Source: a virus. Taken from it: a DNA stretch of 64,000 nucleotides. Within the stretch, counting starts at the first letter, position 1, and each line of letters opens with the position of its first letter. The stretch lies in IMG/VR virus record IMGVR_UViG_3300021478_000015, positions 32,001 through 96,000 of that record, one strand, 5' to 3'. Positions 44,904 to 54,456 of this stretch are shown here, piece by piece. A model generated the notes under the pieces. That model was not told where the DNA came from. It saw nothing but the letters and a program-made list of their open reading frames with translations, and did not search any database. The position numbers and the translations under genes were made by a program.

Positions 44904-46958
44904 ATGGAAGAACTCCATCTGCCGAACAGCGAGCGGTTCGCTGACATCCCACCCGAGGTCCAGGTGGGGTTCAACCGCTTCGTGGGCAAGCTCAAGGATG
45001 TCTCCGGGGCTTGGCCCAAGGACCTAGAAGCTCAGACGACCGTTGTCCTGCGGCTCATCGTTGACGCGAACGAGGAGACGCTCGATGACATCGTTCAGAC
45101 TGAGCGACTGTTCAAGAACTCCGCCAACGTCCGGTGGTACGACGACGTGGTGGAAGCTGATCTACCGGTTGAAGCTCGGGATCCTGACAACGTTCAGTGG
45201 TATGAGCTTCCTGAGTACCATTCCCGTCGTCAACGAGCCCGTCGCTTAGCCAGTTGCTTACAGCACTCCATTGACTCGGCTCAAGCCAGGGTGGATGCCG
45301 AAGTCCTCCAGGAGCATGTGGCCTGGGAGGAGCGGGCTATGAGCTTTATTGAAAAGCTCGGGTTCTGGGACCGACATAATCGTGAGGCCCAGTTAACTGC
45401 TCTGGCTGAGATAGCTCTGGATACTGATGAAGAGACCTTGGCTGCTATTGAAGCCATAGAGGATGGACTCAAGACAGACAACCTGGCTTGGTATCCACTT
45501 CCTGAGGACCATACCAGAGAAGATCGACTGCGTCGTTTGGCCGCCGTATTGCAATGGTTCATAGAGGATCGTGAGGCCCAGGAGTACGTGAAGAACAATC
45601 CTCCTCCTGGTGCCGATCCCTGGATCTGTCCTCGCTGTGGTGGGGACATTCCCATGCCCGGTCGCAAGGGTGAGTACGAGGGAGGAGTGAGTCGTACCAC
45701 TCGCGATGGCCAGGAGGAGATACGGGTCTGCTCCCCCTGTAGCAACGAGGAGGCCTATGAGCAGGCCGCGGGTTGCCTCACTCCTCGAAGCGAGTGGCCC
45801 GTCCCGGCCGAGAAGCTCCTGCCCCGCATGCAGCCGGACCAGTACGCCGGGTGGCGTGACACCTGGGAGGAGTATCGCTCCTCTCATCGCCGGGCCATCG
45901 CCCCTCCGCCCCTGCCCCGAGAGCTACCGGATCTGCGCTTGCACCTGATGGAGCGCTGGATCCCCAAGGGCATGTTCGAGAAGAGCCTGGTGGCCCGTGG
46001 CATCTGGGAGGATCGTGGTCCCGACACCGTCAACCTCATGAGGGAGCGGGCCAGGGGCGAGCGGGAGTCGCTGCGGAAGGCCTCGCTGTGGTGGGTCCGG
46101 GACGAGATGGTCAACCTCACTCTGGCCGGAGCCAAGTCCATCCCCGACGACGTGCGCGGTGGGGATGTCAAGTTCCCCGGTGAGCAACTGTTCGGCCTGG
46201 TAGTGCTCGGCACCCCTTGGCTCGGCATGGACGCCAACGACCCCAACGAGGTGGTCCAGACCGATGCCATCGTCTGGGCTGCTACCAACATCGATGGCGG
46301 GGACTGCATCAGTTTGTCCATGTACCGCTACTTCGATTTCACCGCCGGACTGACCCCGGCTGACATGCGGGAGGCGGTGGCCACCGGAGCTATCCTCGAT
46401 GCCTACCAGGAGGAGGTGGGCAACGGTCCGCCCGATACCCGCGCCAAGCGGCTGCGGGGTGGCTCCTGGATCTTCATGGGCCGGTCTGACTGGCCTCTCA
46501 CCGAGACGCTGGGCGGCTTCGAGGTGCTCAAGGCCGAGTACCCCGAGGGCACGCCTTACGACGAGCTTCGCATGGCCTCCATGATCGAGGACCGCAAGTT
46601 CTTCGCCAGCTTCTGTGTCCTGGTCAATCACAAGCTGAGCCAGACCGAAATGGTCTGGGCTCCCCGCGCCGTTCGCAAACGGGCTGAGAAGGCCGGGGTG
46701 GACTCCGAGAAGGAGCCCTCTCACGTCCGCCTCATCCGCCTGCGGGAAGTCCGCCGGGCGGCAGGGGTCACCGACGAGGAGCATGAGAAGCGCAAGGTGG
46801 AGTGGACGCATCGCTGGATCAGTAGTGCTCACATCGGCTGGCGTCGTTGTGGCCCAGGGAGGAAAGAGCGCAGGCTGTCCTATATCCCAGCTTCGATAAA
46901 GGGACCGGAAGACAAAGAACTGATCATCAAAGAGAATGTGCGAGTGTGGACACGATGA
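44904..46958 (+). CDS. 684-aa multidomain hypothetical protein
   Basis: Internal repeat (WYELPEYHSR..R.RRLA..LQ / WYPLPEDHTR..R.RRLA..LQ), CPRC..CSPC, C-terminal HRW...H...CGPG...R....I....KGP. Confidence 0.75.
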   Translation: MEELHLPNSERFADIPPEVQVGFNRFVGKLKDVSGAWPKDLEAQTTVVLRLIVDANEETLDDIVQTERLFKNSANVRWYDDVVEADLPVEARDPDNVQWYELPEYHSRRQRARRLASCLQHSIDSAQARVDAEVLQEHVAWEERAMSFIEKLGFWDRHNREAQLTALAEIALDTDEETLAAIEAIEDGLKTDNLAWYPLPEDHTREDRLRRLAAVLQWFIEDREAQEYVKNNPPPGADPWICPRCGGDIPMPGRKGEYEGGVSRTTRDGQEEIRVCSPCSNEEAYEQAAGCLTPRSEWPVPAEKLLPRMQPDQYAGWRDTWEEYRSSHRRAIAPPPLPRELPDLRLHLMERWIPKGMFEKSLVARGIWEDRGPDTVNLMRERARGERESLRKASLWWVRDEMVNLTLAGAKSIPDDVRGGDVKFPGEQLFGLVVLGTPWLGMDANDPNEVVQTDAIVWAATNIDGGDCISLSMYRYFDFTAGLTPADMREAVATGAILDAYQEEVGNGPPDTRAKRLRGGSWIFMGRSDWPLTETLGGFEVLKAEYPEGTPYDELRMASMIEDRKFFASFCVLVNHKLSQTEMVWAPRAVRKRAEKAGVDSEKEPSHVRLIRLREVRRAAGVTDEEHEKRKVEWTHRWISSAHIGWRRCGPGRKERRLSYIPASIKGPEDKELIIKENVRVWTR

Positions 46959-47344
46959 GTACGGAGAATGGAGTATCCCATCCAAAGGAAGTGGCCAAGC
47001 ATATTAAGTACTTGCGTAAGCGCATTGCTTATATAGAGAGCCGCATTCGCCATGGTCAAGGCAATATGTACCATGAGCGTGAGCTTGCAGCCATGGAGTG
47101 GGCCATGCCCGTCCTCGAAGCGGAGGAGGCCTGGATTCGCAATCACACCATCTATGCCCATGATCGTCGTCGCGACGATGATCGGGTGGTTGATGAGAAG
47201 TGCCCGGCTTGTGGCTCTCACCCTGGCCAGATCCGCAAGCGGGGCAACCGGGTGAGGTTCACCTGGAGTGGGGAGGCCTCATCCGATGAGGAGCTTGACT
47301 TGTCCGGGGACGCGCCTACCGTGCCAAGTGGTGACGAGGGGTGA
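46955..47344 (+). CDS. Hypothetical protein
   Basis: ATGA-coupled; CPAC. Confidence 0.5.
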   Translation: MSTENGVSHPKEVAKHIKYLRKRIAYIESRIRHGQGNMYHERELAAMEWAMPVLEAEEAWIRNHTIYAHDRRRDDDRVVDEKCPACGSHPGQIRKRGNRVRFTWSGEASSDEELDLSGDAPTVPSGDEG

Positions 47345-47394
47345 CCCATCAACTTACTGCCCCTTCGTTGGTGCCGGAGCCTCTCGTCACCCCT

Positions 47395-47426
47395 GACTTG
47401 ACTGCTCTAAGCAAGTCTGCTAACGT
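47395..47426 (+). promoter_or_regulatory. Repeated phage promoter, copy 9
   Basis: GAC TTGACT gctctaagcaagtctgc TAACGT atttccc ATG. Confidence 0.9.
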
Positions 47427-47433
47427 ATTTCCC

Positions 47434-47943
47434 ATGCAGACCACCACGCAAACCCAAGACCTGCACATCGTGATCGCCGCCCTCGGGGGCCGCAGCGATC
47501 GTGCCCTCATCGGCCACACCGCGGTGTCAGCCCCGCTGACCTGGAGCGATGCTCAGGCCCTCTTCGACCGCCTCGATACCGAGCGTCGCGCTGGCGTGTG
47601 GACCTCCGGCAACGGGGTGCGTCACCCTGGCCACGTCCTCCACTACGCCGTCCGCAGCATCGAGGACCCCCGCTGGGCCAGCCTGGTCGGCCGGGGCTAC
47701 GCCAACGGCATCAGCCGCCGCACCGGCTACCCCAACGGGGACCGGGGCATCGAGAAGGCGGCCAAGGCCTGGGCCAAGGAGTTCGGCTACGAGGGCCGCG
47801 CCGGGGGCTGGATCTACAATCCCTCCGGCCGGACCGTGACCCAGGGATGGGGCAGCTTCGCTGACACCCTCCGCCGCCAGGGCAAGATCGCCCAGGGCTC
47901 GGACGGCCTGTGGTACGTGCTCGACCGGGAGTTGGTGGCCTGA
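47434..47943 (+). CDS. Hypothetical protein, leaderless
   Basis: ATG 7 nt after -10; starts MQTTTQT. Confidence 0.7.
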   Translation: MQTTTQTQDLHIVIAALGGRSDRALIGHTAVSAPLTWSDAQALFDRLDTERRAGVWTSGNGVRHPGHVLHYAVRSIEDPRWASLVGRGYANGISRRTGYPNGDRGIEKAAKAWAKEFGYEGRAGGWIYNPSGRTVTQGWGSFADTLRRQGKIAQGSDGLWYVLDRELVA

Positions 47944-48194
47944 TGACCAAGCTCACCACCCGCCAGGCCGACAAGCTGATCGAGGCCGCCCAGAACGCCG
48001 TCACCTTCTCCGTAGTCGGTCATGGGGAGTTCCCCGCCGACATGCTGCGCTACGACCTGTGCTGGCCTGCCAGTCATGGTGACTCAGCCCTGCTGGGCTA
48101 CAGCACTGGGACGCGCCGCATCGAACTGAAGGGCCTCAAGCTGCCCACCGCAGCCCGCTGGGAGTCCTTCGGCTGGAAGCTGGTCCAAGCTTGA
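47943..48194 (+). CDS. Hypothetical protein
   Basis: TGATG-coupled; FP.DMLRYD.CWP...PT.ARWESFGW. Confidence 0.7.
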   Translation: MTKLTTRQADKLIEAAQNAVTFSVVGHGEFPADMLRYDLCWPASHGDSALLGYSTGTRRIELKGLKLPTAARWESFGWKLVQA

Positions 48195-48289
48195 TTCTCC
48201 ACCCCCAACCATTAGGATGAGCCCAGATCGCCATCCCAAAGGTCCACCTCAGCGGAATGTACTGTGGTGGTCTGACCGCTGAGGTCACC

Positions 48290-48346
48290 TACCGCCGCCG
48301 CTCCCCTGGAATAGATACCCAGAGGGGCGGCGGCGGTACATTTTTT
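48290..48346 (+). terminator. Intrinsic terminator
   Basis: TACCGCCGCCGC..CCCTGG / CCAG.GGGGCGGCGGCGGTA stem then CATTTTTT. Confidence 0.85.
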
Positions 48347-48364
48347 GAACTAGGAATCCGGGGT

Positions 48365-48396
48365 GACTTGCCCTCTCTAGGGAAACCTGCTAACGT
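48365..48396 (+). promoter_or_regulatory. Repeated phage promoter, copy 10
   Basis: GAC TTGCCC tctctagggaaacctgc TAACGT. Confidence 0.88.
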
Positions 48397-48404
48397 GGTT
48401 GGTG

Positions 48405-49160
48405 ATGAGCACCGACCACCACAGTGAGGAAATCAAAGTGACCGTGACCATGTCCCGCGACGAGCTTCTGGCCGCCATGAACGCCAACAAGCCCGCTCCC
48501 CGCCTGTCCACCACCCAGCAGTCCGCCGCCGCGGGCTCCAAGTTCGCCCGGCCCGACTTCGATCAGCAGCAGGCTGCGGTCCGGCGCACCGGCCAGCCCG
48601 CCACCGAGAAGCAGTCGGCCTTCATCCGCAAGCTCCTGGCCGAGCGGGTCGGCATCACCGAGGCCGAGGACATCCGCAACGCCCTCAACATCGCCCGTAC
48701 CAACAAGACCCTGGACCGGAGCATGGTCAGCGCCTTCATCACCCGCCTGCTGGCCATCAAGCCCAACCCGGTCGAGGCTCCCCAGGCCCCTCAGGCCCCC
48801 GTCAGCGCCCCCCAGGGCGGCGACGAGGCCTGGAAGCGCCCCAACTGCGTCCCCAACGGCCAGTACGCCCTCAAGGGCGAGGACGGGGTCGTCAAGTTCT
48901 ACTCGGTCAACACCCCCGACGAGGGCAAGTTCGCCGGGACCTGCTTCGTGGCCGTCCACGCCTCCGATGAGCGCCACAACATCAAGGGCCGGGCTCGCCA
49001 CCAGATCCTCGACGCCATCGCCGCCGATCCTCAGGCCGCCGCCATCCTGTTCGGTCATGAGACCAACCACTGCGGGCGCTGCGGCCGGGAGTTGACCGAC
49101 GAGGTCAGTCGGGCCAACGGCATCGGCCCGGTGTGCGCCAAGAAGGCCGGGTGGGCGTGA
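48405..49160 (+). CDS. DUF6011-type Zn-finger protein
   Basis: ATEKQ..FI..L; C-terminal CGRCGRELTD..SR..GIGPVC. Confidence 0.75.
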   Translation: MSTDHHSEEIKVTVTMSRDELLAAMNANKPAPRLSTTQQSAAAGSKFARPDFDQQQAAVRRTGQPATEKQSAFIRKLLAERVGITEAEDIRNALNIARTNKTLDRSMVSAFITRLLAIKPNPVEAPQAPQAPVSAPQGGDEAWKRPNCVPNGQYALKGEDGVVKFYSVNTPDEGKFAGTCFVAVHASDERHNIKGRARHQILDAIAADPQAAAILFGHETNHCGRCGRELTDEVSRANGIGPVCAKKAGWA

Positions 49161-49777
49161 TGGCCTCCCTGGCCATCATCATCGTGGGTTGCTTCGTCCT
49201 CTTCCTGATCATCCGAGCGATGATCAGGAGGGGCGGGGCCAACCTCCCTATCGATGCCCGATCCAACGACTATCGCACGGTCCTTTTCACCAAGCACTAC
49301 ACGGCCTGGGATCCCCAGACGGGTAGCAAGACCCTCCACTTCACTTATCCTGATGGCAGCCGTTACCTTCCTGGCCGTATCCCGCTGAACTACGACGTGG
49401 TCTCTGATATCGAGGGTGTCACCGTGGCGCAGATTGAGGGTCCTATCGTCAATCGCACCTACCCCGCCCAGCCTCCCATGCCGGTTCAGCCCTCCTGGGC
49501 TCCGGCCCTGGCCGCGGGAGCCATCGGATTCATCGCCGGGGAGATGGTCGAGCGCCATCACCACCATAAGGTCGAGGCCCGTGCTCAGGCTCACGCTCAG
49601 TTCCAGGCCGACATGGACCGGATCATCCATCCCCAGCCAGTCCACCATCAGCCTCAGCCGGTCTGGGATGCCGCGGGCGCTGATCATCGTCCCTACTGGG
49701 GTGATGCCCCGAATCAGGCTCCCTTCGATCCCTACAACAGCGATGGTGGCCACCACTTCGGGCACCATTCCTGGTGA
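49160..49777 (+). CDS. Membrane-anchored protein with His/Pro-rich tail
   Basis: N-terminal TM; AAGAIGFIAG segment; HHHH. Confidence 0.6.
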   Translation: MASLAIIIVGCFVLFLIIRAMIRRGGANLPIDARSNDYRTVLFTKHYTAWDPQTGSKTLHFTYPDGSRYLPGRIPLNYDVVSDIEGVTVAQIEGPIVNRTYPAQPPMPVQPSWAPALAAGAIGFIAGEMVERHHHHKVEARAQAHAQFQADMDRIIHPQPVHHQPQPVWDAAGADHRPYWGDAPNQAPFDPYNSDGGHHFGHHSW

Positions 49778-49934
49778 CGTGATCAGCTAGGGTCCTCGGG
49801 CTCAGGCTCGATGGGTCGCTGCGAGTACATCTCCTTGGCCATCTGCACCGCCTGGTCGAAGGCCTCCTGCTCCTCCGGGGACAGGGGGATCTTCGGCTTT
49901 AACGGGTCTCCCATATATTCTGAGAGCTACCACT

Positions 49935-50105
49935 ATGTCACCTGATGCAAAAGAGCCCTTTCACGAAGACTATTTTGGGACGTTCTGCATTTACTGCCAA
50001 CGGGACTACAGCACCGAGCGAAAGCTGTTTGCTCACATCAAGCGCAGCCATCCGAACACCTATGCCTTGAACGCGGTGAGGGAGCGGGAGGAGCGCAGGA
50101 AGTAG
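49935..50105 (+). CDS. 56-aa C2H2 zinc-finger protein (not in ORF track)
   Basis: Own translation contains CIYCQRDYSTERKLFAHIKRSH (C-x2-C-x12-H-x4-H). Confidence 0.6.
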   Translation: MSPDAKEPFHEDYFGTFCIYCQRDYSTERKLFAHIKRSHPNTYALNAVREREERRK

Positions 50106-50184
50106 TTGCGCTCACCGGGCGAAGGGGTATCATCAGATCTTCGATGCCATCGGAGGCCATCTGACGAAAGGTAAGGCGCATACT

Positions 50185-50724
50185 ATGCCTGGTGCTGCCA
50201 CAAAGAAAGCCCGTAAGGACCGCTACACCGGTCCGATCAAGTTAGAGGACACGAAGATGGAGACGGTCGAGCCCCGGACCAACGTTTCCAAGGTGGACCT
50301 GCGCGAGTACATCGAGGGCCTGAAGGCGTCCAAGCAGAGTGGTCAGTCGGTGGGACACACCATCGTGGCGGACTCGGTCAACATCTTGAAGTCCCGGTAT
50401 CGCCAGGCCGCCCAGCAGCTTGGCTACGGGGTGAGCTTCACCCTGGCCCTGCCCGACAGCGACCTGGCCAAGGAGCGGGGCTACGAGCTTGCCCCCGGCG
50501 ATGCCCGGTTGCTTGTCAAAGCCGGACCCAAGCAGGTTCGCAACCGGCCTGCTGCCCCTACCAACGCTGAGACATCTGAGACCACTGACACCGCGGCATC
50601 TGGTACTGATGATGCAGAGACGGCCGAGGTCGCAGAAGGCGCTGAGGAGGCCCCAGAAGCCGCTATGAGCCCCGAGGAGCTTGCGGAGGCAGCCGAGGTA
50701 GTCGCAGCCGCCAACCCGGCCTAG
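50185..50724 (+). CDS. Hypothetical protein with basic N-terminus and acidic tail
   Basis: AAGG SD; TTGCGC..TATCAT promoter-like boxes upstream (~50106-50133). Confidence 0.65.
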   Translation: MPGAATKKARKDRYTGPIKLEDTKMETVEPRTNVSKVDLREYIEGLKASKQSGQSVGHTIVADSVNILKSRYRQAAQQLGYGVSFTLALPDSDLAKERGYELAPGDARLLVKAGPKQVRNRPAAPTNAETSETTDTAASGTDDAETAEVAEGAEEAPEAAMSPEELAEAAEVVAAANPA

Positions 50725-50751
50725 AAACGTCCCCTACTCATGTGAGGACTG

Positions 50752-51144
50752 ATGCCCTCGAAGTTTTGCCGACATCAACGAGGGGCTCCGCTACAGGAGC
50801 TTCCGGTGACTACGGAGATATCCATCGCGGAGCGCACCGCCCTTCTCAACCAGATCCAGCGCATGGTGAACGAAGGGATGTGCGTATCGGCCATGGTCAT
50901 GGCTCGGGATCGCAACGTGCAGTTCAATGCTGACACCTTGCGATCCTGGGCTAAGGACCAGCGTAAGACCCAGCAGTATCGTCATCGCAAGACGTATGCC
51001 TGGCTGGCTCGTAGTGCCGCCCCCATCACCGTGCCTGCTCCGGCCAAGCCTGCCACCGTGACCTCCATCACCACTCCGGTCGTCCATCCCCTATCCATGC
51101 CCAGGAGGCCGTGGTTTGTGAGGCGTCCCTCTAAGGTGGCTTGA
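50752..51144 (+). CDS. Possible HTH protein
   Basis: GAGGA SD; G....A...A......N.DTLRSW. Confidence 0.5.
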   Translation: MPSKFCRHQRGAPLQELPVTTEISIAERTALLNQIQRMVNEGMCVSAMVMARDRNVQFNADTLRSWAKDQRKTQQYRHRKTYAWLARSAAPITVPAPAKPATVTSITTPVVHPLSMPRRPWFVRRPSKVA

Positions 51145-51169
51145 TAATCCTGGGTGGACGTGATAACGT
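51127..51169 (+). promoter_or_regulatory. Variant promoter with CTCTAAG upstream of -35
   Basis: CTCTAAG gtggc TTGATA-17 nt-TAACGT acctccc ATG. Confidence 0.75.
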
Positions 51170-51176
51170 ACCTCCC

Positions 51177-51470
51177 ATGACCACCACCAACCCTCAGCCC
51201 ATCTCTAACCCTGACCCCTTCGTCAACCGCCCGTCCTGGGAAGAAGTCATCGACCCCCTGGCGGACAGCCCCCTTTGGCCCTTCATCCGTAAGGCCGCCA
51301 CCCTGGTCCTCGAAGCCCGCCTCCACGATGCCGGTGACTACGACAGTGGCATCTCCTCCTCTGACATCAACCACACCATCTTTGCTGTCGCTTCCTGGGT
51401 ACCCCGTACCTCGGCCAGCTACCCCGGCGATGTCCTCACCCGCCTGGTCCATGAGGTGCCCCAGTCATGA
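51177..51470 (+). CDS. Hypothetical protein, leaderless
   Basis: ATG 7 nt after -10; starts MTTTN. Confidence 0.65.
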   Translation: MTTTNPQPISNPDPFVNRPSWEEVIDPLADSPLWPFIRKAATLVLEARLHDAGDYDSGISSSDINHTIFAVASWVPRTSASYPGDVLTRLVHEVPQS

Positions 51471-51647
51471 GCTACCGGGTCGTCCAGTCCTCCTGGGACC
51501 AGAGCGGCCGTCGCACTGACCAGGCCGTCACCGGCCCGGTCCGCGAGGCCCTGGCCACCATCGCCGCTCAAGCCTTAGAGCAGTTCCCGGCCATTGGCTC
51601 GGTGGTCTTCGAGGCCCCCGACCACCACTCCCGCATCACCGTGGTCC

Positions 51648-52025
51648 ATGCCTAGCACCCGCATCTATATGTCCTGCCAGGACCCCGCTCACAAGCAGCA
51701 CTGGTACGTGACTCAGCGCAACGGCAATGCCTCGGCCTTCAACGGCTACCGCTGGCAGTGGAGCGCCTACAGCCGGGTCCGCTGTCCTATCGACGGGTTG
51801 ACCTGGCGGACCAAGGCCAAGTTCGTGGACACCCTGCCGGACGCCCCGGCGGGGTGGTCGAAGGATCCTCCTCCAGGTCAACTCTGGGACCCCGAGCATC
51901 CGGTCTGGCGCGAGCACAAGCTGCTCGGCTCCGACCTCCAGTATCACCTCTCCGAGTGCGTGCTCACGCTCATGCCGGTCAGCGACGGCTTCCACTGCAC
52001 CTGCCGGGATTACTCCCCCGATTGA
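51648..52025 (+). CDS. Hypothetical protein
   Basis: W.V.QR..N.SAFNG....SAYS.VRC......WRTKA.FV..LPD. Confidence 0.6.
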   Translation: MPSTRIYMSCQDPAHKQHWYVTQRNGNASAFNGYRWQWSAYSRVRCPIDGLTWRTKAKFVDTLPDAPAGWSKDPPPGQLWDPEHPVWREHKLLGSDLQYHLSECVLTLMPVSDGFHCTCRDYSPD

Positions 52026-52110
52026 CATGGCGACCGACATCGTCCATGCCGCCAACAATCAGGCCTTCATCGAGGAGATGGCCCGGTGGCTCCAGGAGCA
52101 TCCCGAAGGC

Positions 52111-52142
52111 GACTTGCCCTCTCTAGCCTTTTCTGCTAATGT
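52111..52142 (+). promoter_or_regulatory. Repeated phage promoter, copy 11
   Basis: GAC TTGCCC tctctagccttttctgc TAATGT ctcagtc ATG. Confidence 0.85.
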
Positions 52143-52149
52143 CTCAGTC

Positions 52150-52467
52150 ATGGCCACCACCTTCGCTTGTGCCACCTGCTTCGACACCGAGACCATCGAT
52201 GTAGGCGGGCGTGAGATCGTCTGCCCGGATTGCACCTCGGTCACCATCAAGCTGACTGGCCTGGCCCACGGGCTCGGGCTGGAGGGCGAGCGCTACGCCA
52301 CCGCCACCGCCTGGACCTCCTCGACCATCACCTTCACCGCCGCCACCAAGGCCGCCATCCTGGCCGACGTGACCGCGGTCGAGCGCAAGGCCAAGGCCGG
52401 GACCAAGGGCCGCACCTCGGCCTCGTCCTGGGCCATCGCCATCGCCAAGCGGGTGCGTCGGTCATGA
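52150..52467 (+). CDS. Small Zn-ribbon protein, leaderless
   Basis: ATG 7 nt after -10; MATTFACATC..CPDC. Confidence 0.65.
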   Translation: MATTFACATCFDTETIDVGGREIVCPDCTSVTIKLTGLAHGLGLEGERYATATAWTSSTITFTAATKAAILADVTAVERKAKAGTKGRTSASSWAIAIAKRVRRS

Positions 52468-52651
52468 CCGCCAGCAAGGACGACTTCCGCCGTCACACCC
52501 TGCGGACCTTCGAGCACGATGAGGACCGCTACATCGCCTGCTGCGTGGGCTGTAGCTGGCGCAGTGACCCCGAGGAGACCAAGCGTGACGCCCGCCGGGC
52601 GCACTCCGACCACGTCCTCTCCGAGCGACTCAAGCCCCACACAGGAGAACC

Positions 52652-53227
52652 ATGACCGTCATCGACACCGAGTTCCTGGAGGGCTGGGGCAATCGCCCGG
52701 ACGCCTTTCGGCCGTTCTTCGTCACCGCCCGCGACGACATCCGCATCACCATGCTGGACGCCCTGATCCACGCCTGTCGCTTCGTGGAGGACGGCGAGTA
52801 CGGCACCTCCGACCCCGATGGTCAAGTCTTGTTGGCCTGGGCGCAACTGTGGCGGCCCAAGCTGCAGCGCTATCGGCACAAGGACTGGATCCCCGGCGGG
52901 GTGGCCGACCGCAACGGGCTCATGGACGTGGTGGCGGACTTCGTGGCCTACGAGGAGACCATCCGCGACTTCGGTGGCTGGGACAAGCTCAAGCGCTACG
53001 AGGACGATCCTCAGGGCGAGTACCTGCCCGACGAGTGCGACCCGGACTGCCTGGAGCGGTACCTGATCTACAGCATCCTGTCGGGCTACCAGATGGTCCT
53101 GGACGCCGACTACATCGGCACCGGTATCCGCAAGCGCCAGGCCGAGGACCAGAGGCGCTACGAGGCCGCTCTGCGCCGCTGGGAGGCCGGTCCTCGCTGG
53201 CTGCCCCAGCCCCAGCCCCCGTCATGA
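52652..53227 (+). CDS. Hypothetical protein
   Basis: AGGAG SD; strong GC3 bias; ATGA-coupled. Confidence 0.7.
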   Translation: MTVIDTEFLEGWGNRPDAFRPFFVTARDDIRITMLDALIHACRFVEDGEYGTSDPDGQVLLAWAQLWRPKLQRYRHKDWIPGGVADRNGLMDVVADFVAYEETIRDFGGWDKLKRYEDDPQGEYLPDECDPDCLERYLIYSILSGYQMVLDADYIGTGIRKRQAEDQRRYEAALRRWEAGPRWLPQPQPPS

Positions 53228-54412
53228 GCCTGCCTCGCTTCTACGTGCGCCAGGAGGGCTCTGTGCGCCACTGGGTGGTCATGGACCGCACCACCGGCAC
53301 CACGGCCACTCTGGGCACCTCACCGACCTTAGATTGGCGCTCAGCCACCCACGTCAGCTTCTCGCAGGCCCTCATGGAGGAGCGTGCCCTGGAGTTGAAC
53401 CGCCGCTTTGACGGCTGGAGGCAACCATGACCACCGAGCCCCAGGAGCCCTCTCAGGACGCCCTGGAGGCCCTCAAGCGCCTGCCGAGGCGTATCGGGTG
53501 GGTGCAAGGCTACCAGCGCCGCCAGCGCCAGCCTGACGGCACCTGGCGGGACGTGCCGGTCAAGGGCCACGTCCGGGTCTACCCCAGGGTCAAGTCATGA
53601 AAGGGCGCGCAGTTTTGGCTCCAGGTGGATATACGAGGGCTACAACGACCTGGCGGCAACTGCGCCTCCTGGATTGGATGCGCGACCCCCGCCATCCTGA
53701 CTTGCCCACCCATGAGGCCATCCGCTGGTCCGAGGCCCTGTGGCCGGTGTCGGCCTTGGTGCGCCTGTCCGAAGTGGCCGAGCCCTACACCTACGCCCGC
53801 TGCCGACGTGACCTGGAGGCCCTCCAGGCCCAGAATCTGGTCAACCAGATCGTGCCCGGCCGCTGGCGGGTGGGAGCCCTGTCCTGAGCATAGAAGCCCG
53901 CCTGACCGCGCTGGCCCGGCGGACCATCCCCGATCGGTACGGCCGGGAGGGCATCACCGTGAACTGGTACCCGCGCTCGGATGACCGGGGGGAGTGGGTC
54001 ATCCGGCTGGCCGTCTTCCAGGTGAAGGCCGGAGCCAACCGCAGATGGGTCGAGGTGCGTTACCCCAGTCTGGAGGTCGCGGTCTCCGAGGCCGAGAACA
54101 AGCTGACTGCCGAGGGACGATGAGCGACATCGAGGCCGAGCCCATCCGTTTGTGGTTCGAGCCCGATCGCATCGTCATCGAGGGCTCCTGGGTGGCGGTG
54201 CCGTTGACGCTACGGCCGGGTGACTCCCTGCACCTGGCCCACAGCTACCGGCGGGTGCTGGTCTACTACCTGCTGGGCGACGAGGAGTTCCCGCCCGAGA
54301 CCTTGACGCGCCTGGTCCGCTGGGGTGCCGATCGGGGTCTGGACCTGCAGCAGGAAGACTTCCTGGCGCTACTCCGCATCCTGCATGGCGCGGACCTGCC
54401 GTGACAACGAGA

Positions 54413-54437
54413 AGGACCCCCCGAGATGGGGGGTCCT
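54413..54437. terminator. Hairpin between convergent genes
   Basis: AGGACCCCCC/GGGGGGTCCT 10-bp stem. Confidence 0.7.
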
Positions 54438-54456
54438 CCCTGGTAGCTGGTGGGGA

